A stretch of DNA of 24,000 bases. Origin: Aeromonas sobria (GTDB taxonomy: Bacteria; Pseudomonadota; Gammaproteobacteria; Enterobacterales; Aeromonadaceae). The stretch spans positions 91,665-115,664 of the forward strand of contig NZ_NKWE01000017.1 of assembly GCF_006243315.1 (NCBI RefSeq). The letters run 5' to 3'. Position numbers and translations under genes: made by a program. Below, one piece after another: positions 7,151 to 16,513 of the stretch (its first letter is position 1; each line of letters opens with the position of its first letter). Under the pieces are notes generated by a model. The model did no database searches, was not told the DNA's origin, and saw only the letters and a program-made list of their open reading frames with translations.

Positions 7151-8860
7151 ATGACATCCCTCTTGTCCCGAGTTCGCCAGTTGGCGAGCGATAATGCGTT
7201 GCCATCCCATCTGCTGCAAACCCGTCAGTGGGAAGGGCCTCTGTGCCGGGCGCGGCTCGATAACACCGGCGCTGATGCCACCTCGGTTGAGCGCTGGGTG
7301 CTGTTTGACGGCAAGCTTGGCCTGCCGCTGGAGAGCGCTATTTACGGCGAAGGGTTTCAGATGCTGGCCCAGACCATGGGCAGCTGGCAATCACCGCAAC
7401 CTGTCGGCCGTTGTCCCGATGCCAGCGTCTATCGCATTACCGACGACAACGGCTACCACACCGTTCACAACCTGCTGCTGGTGGAACATGGCAAGGGGTG
7501 GCTGCTGCTCGCCTTTGCCAGCTGCCACCGTTTTGGCGGGGAGTTTCGTCTCTACCCCGATGGTCGTTTGCAGATCCTGATGAACTGCGAAGGGCGCGAA
7601 CTGGCGGTCGGTGAGCATTGGCAGAGCGAGGCGCTGATCTGCCTCGAAGGGGCGGATCGCGAGGATCTGCTGGCCGAGTTGGCACGGATGATCGAGGCTG
7701 AGCATGGCTCGCTGATCGGCAAGGTGAGTGATCGCCCGAGCGGCTGGTGCTCTTGGTACCACTACTATGCCGAGGTGAGCGCTGCCGACATTCGCGAAAA
7801 CCTGCAGGTGCGTGCCGAGCGTTTCCCGGCGCTGCGCTATGTGCAGATCGACGATGGCTACCAGGCTAAAATGGGTGACTGGCTCACTCCATCGGCCAAG
7901 TTCGAGCAAGGTGTGGCGTCACTGGCTGCCGAGATCAAAGGTGCTGGCTGTGAACCGGCCCTCTGGGTCGCTCCCTTTATTGCCGAACCAAGCTCGCAGG
8001 TGTTTCAGGATCACCCCGACTGGTTCGTGAAGGGGGATGATGGCCTGCCGCTGCCTTCAGAGCGGGTTACTTACGGTGGCTGGCGCTGCACCCCCTGGTA
8101 TGTGCTGGACGGTACCCACCCCGGGGTGCAGGCGCACCTTGAGCAGGTGTTTCGCACCCTGCGTGAGCAGTGGGGCATCCACTACTTCAAGCTCGATGCC
8201 AACTTCTGGGGCGCCATCCACGGTGGCCGTTTCCACGATCCGGCAGCCACCCGGGTCGAAGCCTATCGGCGCGGCATGGCCGCTATCCTGAGCGGTGCAG
8301 GTGAAGGCGCTTTCCTGCTTGGTTGCAACGCTCCTATCTGGCCAAGCCTTGGGCTGGTGCACGGTATGCGGGTGAGTGACGATGTGGAGCGCAATGGCCA
8401 CCGTTATCGCCAGATCGCCCGCGAAGCCTTCTGCCGCGCCTGGCAAAATGACAAGCTCTGGGCCCTCGACCCCGATTGCATCTGTCTGCGGGATCTGCCG
8501 ACCCAGCAGGCAAGCAAAGCTGAATACAGCTTCCATCTGGCTGCACTGGTGGCGAGCGGCGGCATGATGCTGGCGGGAGATCGATTGCAAGATCTCGACA
8601 AGGAGCAGGCGGCGCAACTGCGCAAGCTGCTGGGTCTTTGTGCTGCTCGTGCACCCTCTGCCCGTTTCGAGTCGATGGACTTTGCCTGTGGTGAAGTGAA
8701 CCTGCCGCAGGGGGGATCCTTGCTCTGCCTGTTCAACTGGGAGGGGCAACCACAGGAGTTTCTGCTGCCAGAAGGGGGAACCGATTTTTGGCAGGGGCGG
8801 GTAGTCGGCACGGCCGTGACCCTGCAAGGGGGCGAGGGGCGGGTGATCCGCTACCTCTGA
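7151..8860 (+). CDS. Glycoside hydrolase family 36-like alpha-galactosidase (melibiase-type, short form)
   Basis: Motifs CSWYHYY, YVQIDDGYQ, KFEQG...LWVAPF, YFKLDANF and GCNAPIWPS...GMRVSDDV are typical of GH27/GH36 alpha-galactosidases. I prefer ATG 7151 (AGGAG 5 nt upstream) over the track's GTG at 7148. Confidence 0.8.
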   Translation: MTSLLSRVRQLASDNALPSHLLQTRQWEGPLCRARLDNTGADATSVERWVLFDGKLGLPLESAIYGEGFQMLAQTMGSWQSPQPVGRCPDASVYRITDDNGYHTVHNLLLVEHGKGWLLLAFASCHRFGGEFRLYPDGRLQILMNCEGRELAVGEHWQSEALICLEGADREDLLAELARMIEAEHGSLIGKVSDRPSGWCSWYHYYAEVSAADIRENLQVRAERFPALRYVQIDDGYQAKMGDWLTPSAKFEQGVASLAAEIKGAGCEPALWVAPFIAEPSSQVFQDHPDWFVKGDDGLPLPSERVTYGGWRCTPWYVLDGTHPGVQAHLEQVFRTLREQWGIHYFKLDANFWGAIHGGRFHDPAATRVEAYRRGMAAILSGAGEGAFLLGCNAPIWPSLGLVHGMRVSDDVERNGHRYRQIAREAFCRAWQNDKLWALDPDCICLRDLPTQQASKAEYSFHLAALVASGGMMLAGDRLQDLDKEQAAQLRKLLGLCAARAPSARFESMDFACGEVNLPQGGSLLCLFNWEGQPQEFLLPEGGTDFWQGRVVGTAVTLQGGEGRVIRYL

Positions 8861-8877
8861 TAATTCATTCCCACTAA

Positions 8878-8912
8878 CAATTCAGGCTCCATTACGGAGC
8901 CTGAATTGTTTC
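8878..8912. terminator. Bidirectional rho-independent terminator between the GH36 gene and the convergent small OMP gene
   Basis: CAATTCAGGCTCC (8878-8890), loop ATTAC, GGAGCCTGAATTG (8896-8908), then TTTC. 13-bp perfect stem. Confidence 0.7.
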
Positions 8913-8937
8913 AATCAGTGGTGGTCAGCAACGTCTG

Positions 8938-9444
8938 TCAGTAATGCCACTCAAAGCCGACGGCATATTTGGCGGAGCCATAGCCAGGGATATCACTGCC
9001 GGAGGCGATCGCCTTGAGGGTCAGTTGGGGGCTGAGTGGTACGCCGAGGCCAAAACCGATGGCCAGCTGATCATTGGGGTTCCCCATCAGATCGACCCGC
9101 ATCACCCGATAGAGCGACATATCCTGGCTCAAGTGGGTATAAGCCTGAGAGGCGCGGTTATAGACCTGGCCAAATACCTCCAGTTGAAAACCCGCTTGGG
9201 CAGTGATGACTAATGGCACCCCGACAAACTTGTAGAGGTTGGAGTCGTTAAAGTAGCTGTTGGTGATCTGGGGGGTGAAGTCAGTTTGCTGGTAAAGGGT
9301 GCTGAAGTTGTGTTCGACGATCTGGTAGGTCTGCTCTGGCAGACGAGCAAGATAATCCGGCACATCGAACCGGTATGCGGCGTTGGCTGCCAGTGGCAGC
9401 AGGGTCAGTAATCCGAGCAGTGCGTGGTGACGAGGCATCAGCAA
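8938..9444 (-). CDS. Hypothetical exported protein, possibly a small outer-membrane beta-barrel
   Basis: The 168-aa product has an N-terminal signal peptide (LLGLLTLLPLAANA|AY). It shows alternating amphipathic stretches and ends in an aromatic residue (GFEWHY), as many OMPs do. I do not recognise the family. Confidence 0.45.
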   Translation of the reverse strand: MLMPRHHALLGLLTLLPLAANAAYRFDVPDYLARLPEQTYQIVEHNFSTLYQQTDFTPQITNSYFNDSNLYKFVGVPLVITAQAGFQLEVFGQVYNRASQAYTHLSQDMSLYRVMRVDLMGNPNDQLAIGFGLGVPLSPQLTLKAIASGSDIPGYGSAKYAVGFEWHY

Positions 9445-9593
9445 ATGGCTTCCGTTCGGCCAAAGAGATCTCTTGCTTGGGAGATATCCGCCAAGGATGT
9501 TGCAAGATATTGGTTTTTGGGGAAATCCCCTTCGTCATTATGACCTGAAGAAGGGGATGGGCGGGAAGGATTTATTGTGAAACTACTCACAAC

Positions 9594-11021
9594 TCATAAA
9601 TCTTCCAGATAGTGATAGAGACTCTTGAGGATCGCAAAGTTCCGTTCGTTACTCTGGTTCTGCTCCGCCAGCGCCTCGAGACGGGGTACATAGTCCGGCA
9701 GACGGCGGCTGAAGTAGTCGCTGCAGTGCAGGCGCCAGCGCTTCTGCTCCGCCTCGCTCAAGGTGTGTGGCCAGTTGCGGGCACGGTAGCGGAACAGCAT
9801 CTCGGGCAGGCGCGAGTCGGTGAAGGCAAACTCTCGTTCCCCCAGCTGATCTGCGGGGGTGGCACGCACCAGATCCATGGTGGACTTGTCACCGTGGCCA
9901 AAGAAACCGGCGTAGAGCTGGGTATCGGGGTCGCTGTCATTGCTGCCGGCAAACTCCTGATTGAACACCTCCACCAGTTTTTCCCGCACTTCCGGATGGG
10001 CGCGCAGCAGATCCAGGCTTTTGCGGCATTGTTCCCGATCGATGCCAAGCTGGTCGGCCCGCTCAGGGGTCAGGGTGGCGGCCGGTGCCAGCACCGGGCA
10101 CTTGTTGATATGTACCAGTTTCACCGGAATACCCGCCAGTTCCCCAAGATCTTCTTTCTTGGTATAGAGCCGCTCGCGGATCTCCTCGCTGGTGAGTTCA
10201 ATGAGCGGGGTAGGGTCGCGGGTCAGATCCACCATGATCACTGCATTCTGGTTGGTCGGGTGCCAGGCGAGCGGCGAGACCCAGCTCACGCACCCTTGCC
10301 ACGGGGAGAACATGCCGGAAACGTGCACCAGCGGCTTCATGGTCACCACGTCGATCAGCGCCTTCACCTTGTTCTTGTTGCGCAGATCAAAGAGATAGCC
10401 AAACAGCTTGGGCTGGGCCTTTTTCACCAGCTTGGCCATCTCGATGGTGGCCAAGACGTCTGAGAGCGCATCGTGGGCATTGGCGTGCGCCACACCGTTG
10501 GCCACCGTCAGCTTCTCCAGCCGGAAGCTCGGCTTGCCTTCATCGTCAAAGGCCCACTCGATCCCCTCTGGCCGCAGGGCGTAGCAAGCCCGCAGCATGT
10601 CGAGGATGTCCCAGCGGGAGTTGCCGTTCTGCCAAGCGTAGGCATAGGGATCATAGAAGTTGCGATAGAGGGTGTAGCGGGTCACTTCGTCATCGAAGCG
10701 GATGCTGTTATAGCCCAGTACGCAGGTATTCGGAGTGGCGAACTGCTCGTGGATCTGGCGAATGAAATCCGCCTCGCAAAGCCCATCCTTCATCGCCTTT
10801 TGCGGCGTGATACCGGTGATAAGGCACGCCTCCGGATCCGGCAGATAGTCCGCCGGCGGCTTGCAATAGACAACAAGCGGCTCGCCAATGATGTTGAAAT
10901 CCGCATCGGTACGAATACCGGCAAACTGCGACGGCCTGTCCTTGGCGGGACTGATGCCGAAGGTCTCGTAGTCGTGGAAGAAGAAGGTTGGCTCGCTGCC
11001 CGCGTGTGCTGTTTTGCTCAT
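9594..11021 (-). CDS. sbcB: Exodeoxyribonuclease I
   Basis: The product is collinear with E. coli SbcB: TFFFHDYETFG, RPSQFAGIRTD, LGYNSIRFDDEVTR, FYDPYA, NAHDALSDV, VHINKCPVLA and LFRYRARNWP. Starting at ATG 11021 (MSKTAH...) gives 475 aa, the E. coli length. The track's upstream extension to 11108 is unlikely. Confidence 0.95.
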   Translation of the reverse strand: MSKTAHAGSEPTFFFHDYETFGISPAKDRPSQFAGIRTDADFNIIGEPLVVYCKPPADYLPDPEACLITGITPQKAMKDGLCEADFIRQIHEQFATPNTCVLGYNSIRFDDEVTRYTLYRNFYDPYAYAWQNGNSRWDILDMLRACYALRPEGIEWAFDDEGKPSFRLEKLTVANGVAHANAHDALSDVLATIEMAKLVKKAQPKLFGYLFDLRNKNKVKALIDVVTMKPLVHVSGMFSPWQGCVSWVSPLAWHPTNQNAVIMVDLTRDPTPLIELTSEEIRERLYTKKEDLGELAGIPVKLVHINKCPVLAPAATLTPERADQLGIDREQCRKSLDLLRAHPEVREKLVEVFNQEFAGSNDSDPDTQLYAGFFGHGDKSTMDLVRATPADQLGEREFAFTDSRLPEMLFRYRARNWPHTLSEAEQKRWRLHCSDYFSRRLPDYVPRLEALAEQNQSNERNFAILKSLYHYLEDL

Positions 11022-11400
11022 GTTGCTCGAGAGGGGGTCCGATGACGGCGGCACTATGCGCCTGGGTGGGCGGTGCCATGCACCACAATTGTTCGCATGG
11101 TAAACCATAGCGCAGGCAGAACGAAGGGCGAGCCGTGCAGGTGGTGGTTTATTGGGCGGAAGGGTATCTCATAGAGATTAAGGTGGGGTGATTCATCCAA
11201 TCAGGTGGCCAAATTCACTATGTCACTAAATGCACTTCTTCAGTCGATAGGGGTCATTACTACTCTTGAGTCGCGTTGATCTTGCTCGTGGTGTTTTCTG
11301 CATAGAGCCTCTCTCATCCTATTTGTTATGAAGACGCTCACAAAATTGAGCAATCGTTTAGTTTTGGACGAAATCTCTGGTGTATCATTTATTCAAAATA

Positions 11401-12312
11401 ATGAAGATAAAGATGATGACAAACCCATACATCAGTAAAGAAGGCATGGCAGTGATATGCCTTGCCAAGTATCTCATGACGACCCAGCCTGACGACCGCC
11501 TGAGGACGATAGAGTCCTTGTCGGACGAGATCGGTGTATCGGTCGGATTTATACAGAAGGCGTTTACCACGCTGGAAAATGACAAGGCAGTCAGCCTGAG
11601 CAAGCAGGGGCGTAACGGGACCTATATTCGACAGCTCGATTATCAGAAGTTGGTTCGTTATTCCGGCATCAGCCATGTAGTGTGTGCCATGCCACTGCCT
11701 TATACAAAGCATTACGAGGGGTTGGCTAGTGGACTGAAGGCACAGCTTGGCAGCCTGCCGCTCTATTTTGCCCACATGCGCGGCGCTAATGTGCGGGCCG
11801 AATGTTTGAAAAACGGTGTTTATGACCTGGCCATTATGTCCAAGCTTGCCGCCGGTACGTTGGGCAGTAGTGTTAAGATCTTGGCGGATCTGGGGGCGGA
11901 GTCCTATTCACTCGAACACCGTTTGATTTATCGGACAAACGAATATGAAGTCATCAGGCGCGTGGGGGTGGATCCGGCGTCTCCTGACCAGCGAATTCTG
12001 ACCGAGAAGGCATTTGTAGGAAAAGAAATTGAAATTGTCGAGATCAACTATTCCAACAGTTTGAGTTATCTCGTTTCCGGACAAATTGATGCGGTCGTGT
12101 GGTTGTCAGAGGCTATTGATATGAATGTATCAGGGCTGAGCGAAAAATCGCTGAAGCACCTTGATGAATGCTGTCAGGCATCTCAGGCTGTCATTCTTCT
12201 TAGCCGTCAGAGCCCGCATATCAGTGAACTCATTAATAAGTTGCTTGATGTTCATCAACTTCTGGAACATCAACGCTTGGTTATTGAAGGGAAGTTGATA
12301 CCCAGTTATTGA
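11401..12312 (+). CDS. yhfZ: YhfZ-family putative regulator (GntR-like HTH plus YhfZ C-terminal domain)
   Basis: It is the first gene of a cluster whose other members match the E. coli yhf/php cluster. The HTH-like segment is IESLSDEIGVSVGFIQKAFTTLENDKAVSLSKQGRNGTYI. The start is uncertain (GTG 11380, or ATG 11401, 11413 or 11416), with no clear SD. Confidence 0.7.
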   Translation: MKIKMMTNPYISKEGMAVICLAKYLMTTQPDDRLRTIESLSDEIGVSVGFIQKAFTTLENDKAVSLSKQGRNGTYIRQLDYQKLVRYSGISHVVCAMPLPYTKHYEGLASGLKAQLGSLPLYFAHMRGANVRAECLKNGVYDLAIMSKLAAGTLGSSVKILADLGAESYSLEHRLIYRTNEYEVIRRVGVDPASPDQRILTEKAFVGKEIEIVEINYSNSLSYLVSGQIDAVVWLSEAIDMNVSGLSEKSLKHLDECCQASQAVILLSRQSPHISELINKLLDVHQLLEHQRLVIEGKLIPSY

Positions 12313-12334
12313 TGTTTAAATATGGAGATGTGCA

Positions 12335-12703
12335 GTGATAGAGCGATTACAGTTACTTCAGTCAGCTGATGTGATCAGTACTGATGCATTAAAAGCATGT
12401 CTGGTGGTGATGGACGATCTCAGAGATCATTTTTCTGTTAGTGATGATAATGAACAGTACCAGATGATGATTGTCCATCTGGCCAGGGCATTTGATCGTA
12501 TTAAATCTGGAGCACCTATCGAGCAGGGTATGGACCCATCCCTGTTTGATGAAGTGCAGGAAGATCCGTTCTTCCATGAAATGGATGTTCTTAACAGAAG
12601 AATGCTTGATGCAATTGATCTTGCGGAGGCACCTGATAGCGAGAAGTCATTTATGCTCAGTAATCTTTTATCACTGCACTACTCATGTCAGGAGCATATG
12701 TAA
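12335..12703 (+). CDS. yhfY: YhfY-like PRD-domain protein
   Basis: The product is 122 aa, close to E. coli YhfY in size and in position directly after yhfZ. GTG start with GGAG 7 nt upstream. The stop overlaps the php ATG (TAATG). Confidence 0.65.
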   Translation: MIERLQLLQSADVISTDALKACLVVMDDLRDHFSVSDDNEQYQMMIVHLARAFDRIKSGAPIEQGMDPSLFDEVQEDPFFHEMDVLNRRMLDAIDLAEAPDSEKSFMLSNLLSLHYSCQEHM

Positions 12704-13581
12704 TGTCGATTAATCTCGATGGCTACACTTATTGCCATGAACATCTGCACATAGATCTCTCTTCGCAGAAACGGGATAATGATTGTCTTCTGGATAGCTA
12801 CGCGCTGATCCGGGACGAGCTTCTGGCGCTCAAGCAGTGTGGGGTGCTCAATGTTATCGAGATGACCAATCGTTTTATGGGAAGAAATCCTCATTTTATT
12901 GAAAATTTAATGCGAGATACCGGCATGAACGTACTGATGTCGACCGGTTATTACATCGAAGGTTTTTTCCCCGAAAGGCTTTACCGTTTGTCCGCTCGCG
13001 AGATCTGCGATGAGATGGTGCATGAAATTACGGTGGGCATTGATGAAAGTGCACTTAAAGCAAGTGTTATTGGGGAGATTGGTAGTAGCGAGAACGCATT
13101 TACCGAAACTGAGCGAAAAGTCTTCGAAGCCGCAGCTATGGCGCATTATGAGACTGGTCGCCCAATCTCGACCCATCTTTCTATGAGCACCATGGCAAGA
13201 GAACAGGTGAAGTTATTCAAGTCGTATTCGGTCGAAATGGAAAGGATCACTATCGGCCACTGCGATCTTAAAAATAATCTAGATGACATCTTGTGGTTGA
13301 TTGATCAAGGCTGTCATGTTCAGTTTGACACTATCGGCAAGAACAGTTATTTCCCTGATTCGTCGAGAATCGACATGCTGAAAGAATTGGCCAGCAGGAA
13401 TTTGCTGAATAGAGTCATGTTGTCTATGGATATAACGAGAAAGTCACACCTTAAGAAAAATGGAGGCCCCGGATTTTGCTATCTGGTGGAATATTTTATT
13501 CCACAGTTACTTGATTCAGGTATTAGTAAACATCAAATAGAACAAATGTTACGTCTTACCCCTTACCACTTTTTTAAATGA
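12703..13581 (+). CDS. php: Phosphotriesterase homology protein (amidohydrolase superfamily, binuclear metal centre)
   Basis: The product is collinear with E. coli Php as recalled: GYTYCHEHLHIDLS (HxH), NVIEMTN, GRPISTH, GHCDL, VQFDTIGKNSY and NRVMLSMDITR. Starting at ATG 12703 gives 292 aa, the E. coli length. The track's 12685 start adds 6 aa and overlaps yhfY. Confidence 0.9.
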   Translation: MSINLDGYTYCHEHLHIDLSSQKRDNDCLLDSYALIRDELLALKQCGVLNVIEMTNRFMGRNPHFIENLMRDTGMNVLMSTGYYIEGFFPERLYRLSAREICDEMVHEITVGIDESALKASVIGEIGSSENAFTETERKVFEAAAMAHYETGRPISTHLSMSTMAREQVKLFKSYSVEMERITIGHCDLKNNLDDILWLIDQGCHVQFDTIGKNSYFPDSSRIDMLKELASRNLLNRVMLSMDITRKSHLKKNGGPGFCYLVEYFIPQLLDSGISKHQIEQMLRLTPYHFFK

Positions 13582-13594
13582 GGCTGGATATAAA

Positions 13595-13954
13595 ATGAAA
13601 AAAATAGGGATCGCTGGATTACAACGTGAGCAGATCAAGGCTCAGATTGAGCAAGCTGCTCCAGGTGAGTTCGAGTGTCATATTCTCAATGACATGGATG
13701 CAGCAATGAAGGTGAAAGCTGGAGTCTTGGATTATTACATCGGGTGCTGTAATACCGGTGCCGGGGCTGCACTCTCTATCGCTATCGCAATTATCGGCTA
13801 TCCGAAAAGCTGCACTATTGCCAAACCCTCCATCAAGGCAAAGTCCGAAGAGGTGGATAAATTTATTAAAGAGGGTAAGGTTGCATTCGGTCTTTCAGTG
13901 GAGCATGTCGAACATGCCATCCCGTTATTAATTACCAAACTGGCAGCTAATTGA
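13595..13954 (+). CDS. yhfU: YhfU-like protein (DUF2620)
   Basis: The product is 119 aa. Its size and its position between php and the YhfT-like permease match E. coli yhfU. Conserved-looking YYIGCCNTGAGAALS segment. Confidence 0.65.
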   Translation: MKKIGIAGLQREQIKAQIEQAAPGEFECHILNDMDAAMKVKAGVLDYYIGCCNTGAGAALSIAIAIIGYPKSCTIAKPSIKAKSEEVDKFIKEGKVAFGLSVEHVEHAIPLLITKLAAN

Positions 13955-13964
13955 GGGAATAATA

Positions 13965-15266
13965 ATGGACATTATGCAATTAGGGTTAGTCACTCTGTTG
14001 TGTGCCATGACAGCACTGCTGGCCAATATGAGTGCAGCGGTATTTCATGATGGTATCAGACCGATCCTGCCCCAAGTCGTCGAAGGAAATATGACGCGGC
14101 GTGATGCGGGATCCGTGGCGTTTGGCCTATCGATTGGTTTCGTGGCCTCAGTCGGTATTTCATTTACTCTCTCCACTGGTCTTCTAAACCCGTGGCTGCT
14201 TTTTTTGCCGACAGATATTCTCGGTGTGATGATGGCTCGGCGCTGGCAAGCCGCGTTAGCTGGCGGCTTATGGGGGGTTCTGGTTGTTACCTCTATTTCC
14301 GGTGTGAATGCGGTATTGACCGGCTTGCCTGTCGATGCGATTGGCGCATTGGGTGAGTTGGGCACGCCGGTGATGACCGCTTTTGCGCTCTTCCCGCTGC
14401 TCGCCATCTTTTATCAGTTCGGGTGGAAAGCCGGTGCTATTTCGGCGGCTGTTATTGTGCTGGCCCGGCTGGCCACGATGAAATTTACCACTATTTATCC
14501 TGAGTCTCTGCAAATCTTCGTGGGGATGATGATGTTGGTGGGGACTGCCATCTACAAAGACATCAACGACAAGAAAAACGGTATTGCGCCGCCTGATATG
14601 TCGGGGATGCACAGTTTGTTTGAAGAGCGTACCAAACGCATCATGAAAAACCTGCCATTCCTGGCTGCAACCGGTGCGCTGGTTGCTGTGGTTGTCAATG
14701 CAGGCTATTTTGCAGGTTCAGAAGTCTCTATCTATCCATTGGCAGATGCATACAAGCTGACTGACCCTGTCGCGCAGCAGACGGCTATCAACCAGGTGGC
14801 CCTCTCTGAATTTATGCGCGGGCTTGGTTTTGTACCCCTGATTGCCACCACGGCACTGGCCACTGGTGTATATGGTGTGGTCGGGATGACCTTTGTATTT
14901 GTGGTTGGTTATCTCTCGCCTAACATACCGGTTGCTGCGGTGCTTGGTGCTCTGACCATTTGTGCGGAAGTATTCCTGCTACGTCGGATCGGCCATTTCC
15001 TAGAACAATTCCCATCTATTCGTAATGCTTCGGATAATATCCGCAACTCGATGAATACGCTGATGGAGTTTGCACTTCTTATCGGCGGTGTATTGGCGGT
15101 TATGAAAATGGGTGGGACCACCGGGATTACCATTTTCACTATATTGTTCTTCCTCAATGAGGTAATGGGACGTCCTGTACTCAAGATTGCTGCTCCGGCT
15201 CTCGCTGCCATATTAACTGGTGTCGCGCTCAATATTTTCCATATTGTCGGACTTTTTAATATCTGA
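13965..15266 (+). CDS. yhfT: YhfT-like polytopic inner-membrane protein (putative transporter)
   Basis: The 433-aa product (E. coli YhfT is about 434 aa) is strongly hydrophobic, with about 10-12 TM segments. Position in the cluster agrees. Confidence 0.75.
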   Translation: MDIMQLGLVTLLCAMTALLANMSAAVFHDGIRPILPQVVEGNMTRRDAGSVAFGLSIGFVASVGISFTLSTGLLNPWLLFLPTDILGVMMARRWQAALAGGLWGVLVVTSISGVNAVLTGLPVDAIGALGELGTPVMTAFALFPLLAIFYQFGWKAGAISAAVIVLARLATMKFTTIYPESLQIFVGMMMLVGTAIYKDINDKKNGIAPPDMSGMHSLFEERTKRIMKNLPFLAATGALVAVVVNAGYFAGSEVSIYPLADAYKLTDPVAQQTAINQVALSEFMRGLGFVPLIATTALATGVYGVVGMTFVFVVGYLSPNIPVAAVLGALTICAEVFLLRRIGHFLEQFPSIRNASDNIRNSMNTLMEFALLIGGVLAVMKMGGTTGITIFTILFFLNEVMGRPVLKIAAPALAAILTGVALNIFHIVGLFNI

Positions 15267-15339
15267 CCCTAGCGTTCGCCCGGTTTGACAGCCTGAAACC
15301 TATCGGGCCGGGTAAGCTATATTCATAAGGTGAGCGAAG

Positions 15340-16503
15340 ATGTTTCTTGATGCCTTGAAAAAACAAAATCCGAGATTTATAGAATGTGCAGCTGAATTAT
15401 TAAAGTCCAACCAAGTGTTGCCTGATACTTATCTTATTGATGTCGACCAGTTTGCTGAAAATGCCAGAACGATAAAGAAAAATGCTGATGCATATGGGAT
15501 TACACTGTATGCGATGACGAAGCAGTTTGGACGCAATCCCGTTTTAGCCAGATTACTGGTTGATGAGTTAGGTTACGATGGCATCGTCTGTGTCGATTTT
15601 AAAGAGGTCCGCCATTATTCCGCTCTGGGAATAAAAGTCAGCCATGTCGGGCATTTGGTACAACCACCGAGTGGGATGGTCAATGAATTGGTGAGTATTA
15701 CCAAGCCTGAGGTTATCACCGTTTATTCGATTGAAAAGGCCAAGGAGATTTCATCTGCCGCAGTTAAGGCGAATGTAATCCAAAAGATTATGGTTAAGTT
15801 TTATCAGAATGGGGACATTATCTATCCCAGCCAAGAGTCTGGATTTTCGTTAAGTGATCTGGATGAGGTTATCCAGTCATTATCAGCATTGCCGAATATC
15901 GCTGTAGAAGGAGTAACTCATTTTCCCAGTTTTCTCTATGACGAAGATAAAGATGTGACCGTTGCCACGCATAATTTCAGGACAACGATGATTGCCAAAG
16001 AGCAGGCTGAGCGATTGGGTTGCCGGATATCACAGGTCAATGTTCCGTCTTCAACTTGTTGTGAAACGATACCGCTAATTGCCTCTCGAGGTGGGACGCA
16101 TGGCGAACCAGGGCATGCTCTGACCGGGACCATTCCATCAAATCAGAATGGCGAGCAGCCTGAAAAAATAGCGATGCTCTATTTGAGTGAGGTATCTCAT
16201 CATCATAACGGAAATAGTTATTGCTACGGTGGTGGATACTATCGGCGTGGGCGTATTCGTGGCGCATTGGCAATGGATGGCTCAGATCCACACGGGCGCT
16301 TCATGCCGTTTATGGCAGGTGATGATGGCAGCATTGATTATCACATCCAGTTGGCGGGAACGTGTCCCGTCGGAACTCCCGTCATCATGGCTTTCCGCTC
16401 TCAGGTGTTTGTGACCAGGAGTGATGTTGCGTTGGTTTCAGGGATATCGACAGGGACCCCGAAAATAATCGGACTCTATGATTCGCAAGGGCGAGAACTG
16501 TAA
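15340..16503 (+). CDS. yhfX: YhfX-like fold-type-III PLP enzyme (alanine-racemase N-terminal-domain family; putative amino-acid racemase)
   Basis: The product is 387 aa, the length I recall for E. coli YhfX. YAMTKQFGRNP contains a candidate PLP lysine in a racemase-like context. Cluster context agrees. Confidence 0.75.
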   Translation: MFLDALKKQNPRFIECAAELLKSNQVLPDTYLIDVDQFAENARTIKKNADAYGITLYAMTKQFGRNPVLARLLVDELGYDGIVCVDFKEVRHYSALGIKVSHVGHLVQPPSGMVNELVSITKPEVITVYSIEKAKEISSAAVKANVIQKIMVKFYQNGDIIYPSQESGFSLSDLDEVIQSLSALPNIAVEGVTHFPSFLYDEDKDVTVATHNFRTTMIAKEQAERLGCRISQVNVPSSTCCETIPLIASRGGTHGEPGHALTGTIPSNQNGEQPEKIAMLYLSEVSHHHNGNSYCYGGGYYRRGRIRGALAMDGSDPHGRFMPFMAGDDGSIDYHIQLAGTCPVGTPVIMAFRSQVFVTRSDVALVSGISTGTPKIIGLYDSQGREL

Positions 16504-16513
16504 GGGAGGGATT

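Noticed and set aside
7391-10463. Long antisense ORFs: 7391..7909 (-), 8057..8827 (-), 8404..8811 (-) and 9612..10463 (+)
   Set aside because: Each is fully nested opposite a well-supported gene (GH36 or sbcB). They are Arg/Pro/Gly/Ala-rich and lack SD sequences, so they are GC-driven open frames.
11137-11147. gcaGGTGGTGG resembling a Chi site next to sbcB, with recurring GGTGG motifs in 11140-11210
   Set aside because: E. coli Chi is GCTGGTGG, and this sequence has G instead of C at the second position. Chi sequences are also species-specific. The remaining GGTGG motifs are too short to be meaningful.
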